A DNA stretch of 64,000 nucleotides from the IMG/VR virus record IMGVR_UViG_3300010233_000007; one strand, 5' to 3'. The notes beneath the pieces are model-generated. The model was not told the DNA's origin. It searched no databases and was given only the letters and a program-made list of their open reading frames with translations. This DNA is from an uncultured virus (IMG/VR IMGVR_UViG_3300010233_000007). Its lineage: Duplodnaviria > Heunggongvirae > Uroviricota > Caudoviricetes. Position 1 is the first letter of the stretch, and every line of letters begins with the position of its first letter. Below, piece by piece: positions 62,290-64,000 of the stretch. The position numbers were made by a program, and so were the translations under genes.

Positions 62290-62295
62290 AAGGTT

Positions 62296-62901
62296 ATGAT
62301 GCCAAAACGGATATGCTTATTTGGTGGACCAAATGCGGGAAAATCTGTACTGGCCGCTGAATTGTTCGCCGAATTAAAGAAGCGCGGATATAAGATTGAA
62401 TTAGTCACAGAGTACATTAAGCTCTGGGCCTGGCAGAAATTAAAGCCAACATCATGGGATCAGTTCTACATACTAGCTAAGCAAATACACAATGAAGACG
62501 TGATTCTAAGAAACGGTGGGCATATAATAACAGATGTCCCACTTTGGTTAATATATACCTATTGCAAGTGGTGGAAAACTGATTACACTAGTGATCTTGC
62601 GCCGCTTATAGAGACATTCGACCGGCAGTATCCTAATACAATAAATATATTCATTAATCGTGAAGATTTACCGTATAAAGATGAAGGCCGCTACCACACA
62701 AAGCAAGAAGCGGAAGACATAGATTACGAAACCTGGATCACTATATGTGATCACGTGTACCATACGCGAGGTTGTTATACTTATAACCACAAAGTAAAAG
62801 ATAGTATGTCAAAATTACTTGAGTTTGTAATTTCAAAATTAGAAACCGAAGATGAAAAAGCTAAAGTACGCGCCGAAGAACTGGAAACAACATGGCAGTG
62901 A
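62296..62901 (+). CDS. NadR/AAA_28-type P-loop kinase
   Basis: GGPNAGKS, VTEY.K, IITD.P, GR. Confidence 0.75.
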   Translation: MMPKRICLFGGPNAGKSVLAAELFAELKKRGYKIELVTEYIKLWAWQKLKPTSWDQFYILAKQIHNEDVILRNGGHIITDVPLWLIYTYCKWWKTDYTSDLAPLIETFDRQYPNTINIFINREDLPYKDEGRYHTKQEAEDIDYETWITICDHVYHTRGCYTYNHKVKDSMSKLLEFVISKLETEDEKAKVRAEELETTWQ

Positions 62902-63570
62902 CCGTTTTGAGTCGAATTTTGGTGTTGTCAGTAGAGTAAAAAACAAGTGGTTAGCCGTATTAAAGGTGTATCAATCGGAGACACCTGAAAAATTAGATTC
63001 ATTTCAATTGACATCATCATCCATATCAGGCAATCATAGAACTTCCAAAGATGCAATGCGGGCAGTAGAAAGAGCCGCCGATTATTATGTCGATCAGATT
63101 TCATTAAACGGCGAAACTAAATACATGATTCTTCTACCGAAAGATATCATGAAGCGGAAAGTGCTTAAATACCGAGAACTACAACAGAAATTGGAAGAGC
63201 ATCGTAAAGCGTATGAAGAGCACATACACGAAACAACTGATGTGCATAGTTGTTCCGGCGACTGTGAGAAGAAGTAACAACTTCTTCTCACAGTGACAGC
63301 CAGCAATAGGAGAAAACATTGGTAGTTCTCGCTTACTATAAAAAAGGCAAGACGTGGTTAGGCTACATCAGCTATTTATGGTGTTGGATGTGGCATAAGC
63401 ACACATACGTAAGGATATATTGGAACGGATTAGAAGTTGTAGAATACGATCAGCCGTTGTTTGTAGTATATGAATGTCAGAAATGTAAAAAGCTACAATT
63501 AGAAACACATTATAGCGTAGTTATAAAAGGAAAACCCTCTGGTGATGGCACGGAAACCAAAAACGCATAG
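62852..63570 (+). CDS. two hypothetical ORFs (62852-63277, 63319-63570)
   Basis: ORF track. Confidence 0.55.
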
Positions 63571-63679
63571 CCTGGTCGCTGCGTGAGCAGTGCTTTAAAT
63601 CACAGTATCTCACGACTGTTGTTGCGATAAAGGAAGCTTAGAGGATCAGGACGACCACGTTCAAATCGTGGCAGAGGCC
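63535..63679 (+). ncRNA. tRNA-like RNA with an expanded anticodon domain
   Basis: CCTCTG/CAGAGG acceptor, CCTGGTC/GATCAGG stem, T-arm CCACG-TTCAAAT-CGTGG. Confidence 0.5.
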
Positions 63680-63681
63680 GA

Positions 63682-64000
63682 ATGAATCTTTTCAGCAAAG
63701 GTGACTTTCGATTACACAGTGGAATTGAATCGGATTGGAAGATAGATTGTGACGCTTTAACAGACGAAGATATTAAAACAATAGCTTATCTGTTTTCAAA
63801 AGTATTACCGCCATTCGGACCAGTCGAAGGTATACCAAGAGGCGGGTTGAGATTAGCCGCCGCGTTACGAGAATATAGTAAGTCTAGCGATTACAAAACC
63901 TTAATATGCGACGACGTTTACACTACCGGATTAAGTATGGAAAAACGACGTGGCGATAGAGAAACAATGGGCGCGGTTATTTTTGCCAGACAGCCTACAC
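63682..64000 (+). CDS. type I phosphoribosyltransferase (PyrE-like), truncated by the window end
   Basis: own translation: MNLFSKGDFRLHSG...GIPRGG...LICDDVYTTG. Confidence 0.85.
   Translation, partial: MNLFSKGDFRLHSGIESDWKIDCDALTDEDIKTIAYLFSKVLPPFGPVEGIPRGGLRLAAALREYSKSSDYKTLICDDVYTTGLSMEKRRGDRETMGAVIFARQPT

Noticed and set aside
2078..63306. Numerous antisense or nested ORFs in the track
   Set aside because: Shadow ORFs of better-supported genes, without RBS or motifs
1..64000. Stop-codon recoding
   Set aside because: Core genes are full length and densely packed under code 11, and no suppressor tRNA was seen

Overview
A 64-kb segment of a large dsDNA tailed-phage genome (standard code 11, two short N gaps). 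The AT-rich + strand backbone carries DNA-metabolism genes: macro domain, Gp88-like protein, RNase H, class II RNR with two inteins, SbcCD, SF2 and DnaB-like helicases, HNH endonuclease, primase, a UDG-PolA fusion, RecA-like and SSB-like proteins, a BCS1-like AAA ATPase and a PRTase. Two probable late genes lie on the - strand: an intein-containing terminase and a KxA-motif-rich protein. Four visibly GC-richer - strand islands are each bounded by a conserved CTAAATA-N15-(T/G)CATWRTWA promoter-like motif and a TTTAGCTAT end motif. The first island holds the most unusual content, an RNA-gene cluster: two ordinary tRNAs, a tRNA-Leu with a 30-nt anticodon-loop insert, a 236-nt tRNA-like RNA, an apparent mimic of 23S rRNA helices 43/44 (the L11 site), a possible 16S 3'-end mimic, and a heptamer-repeat RNA whose motif recurs next to the RBS of the adjacent coiled-coil gene. 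A TTCTAAT-N6-ATTAGAA palindrome recurs about 16 times, and a repeat/hairpin-rich probable origin lies at about 35.0-35.8 kb. All family calls come from motif recognition by eye; no database searches were run.
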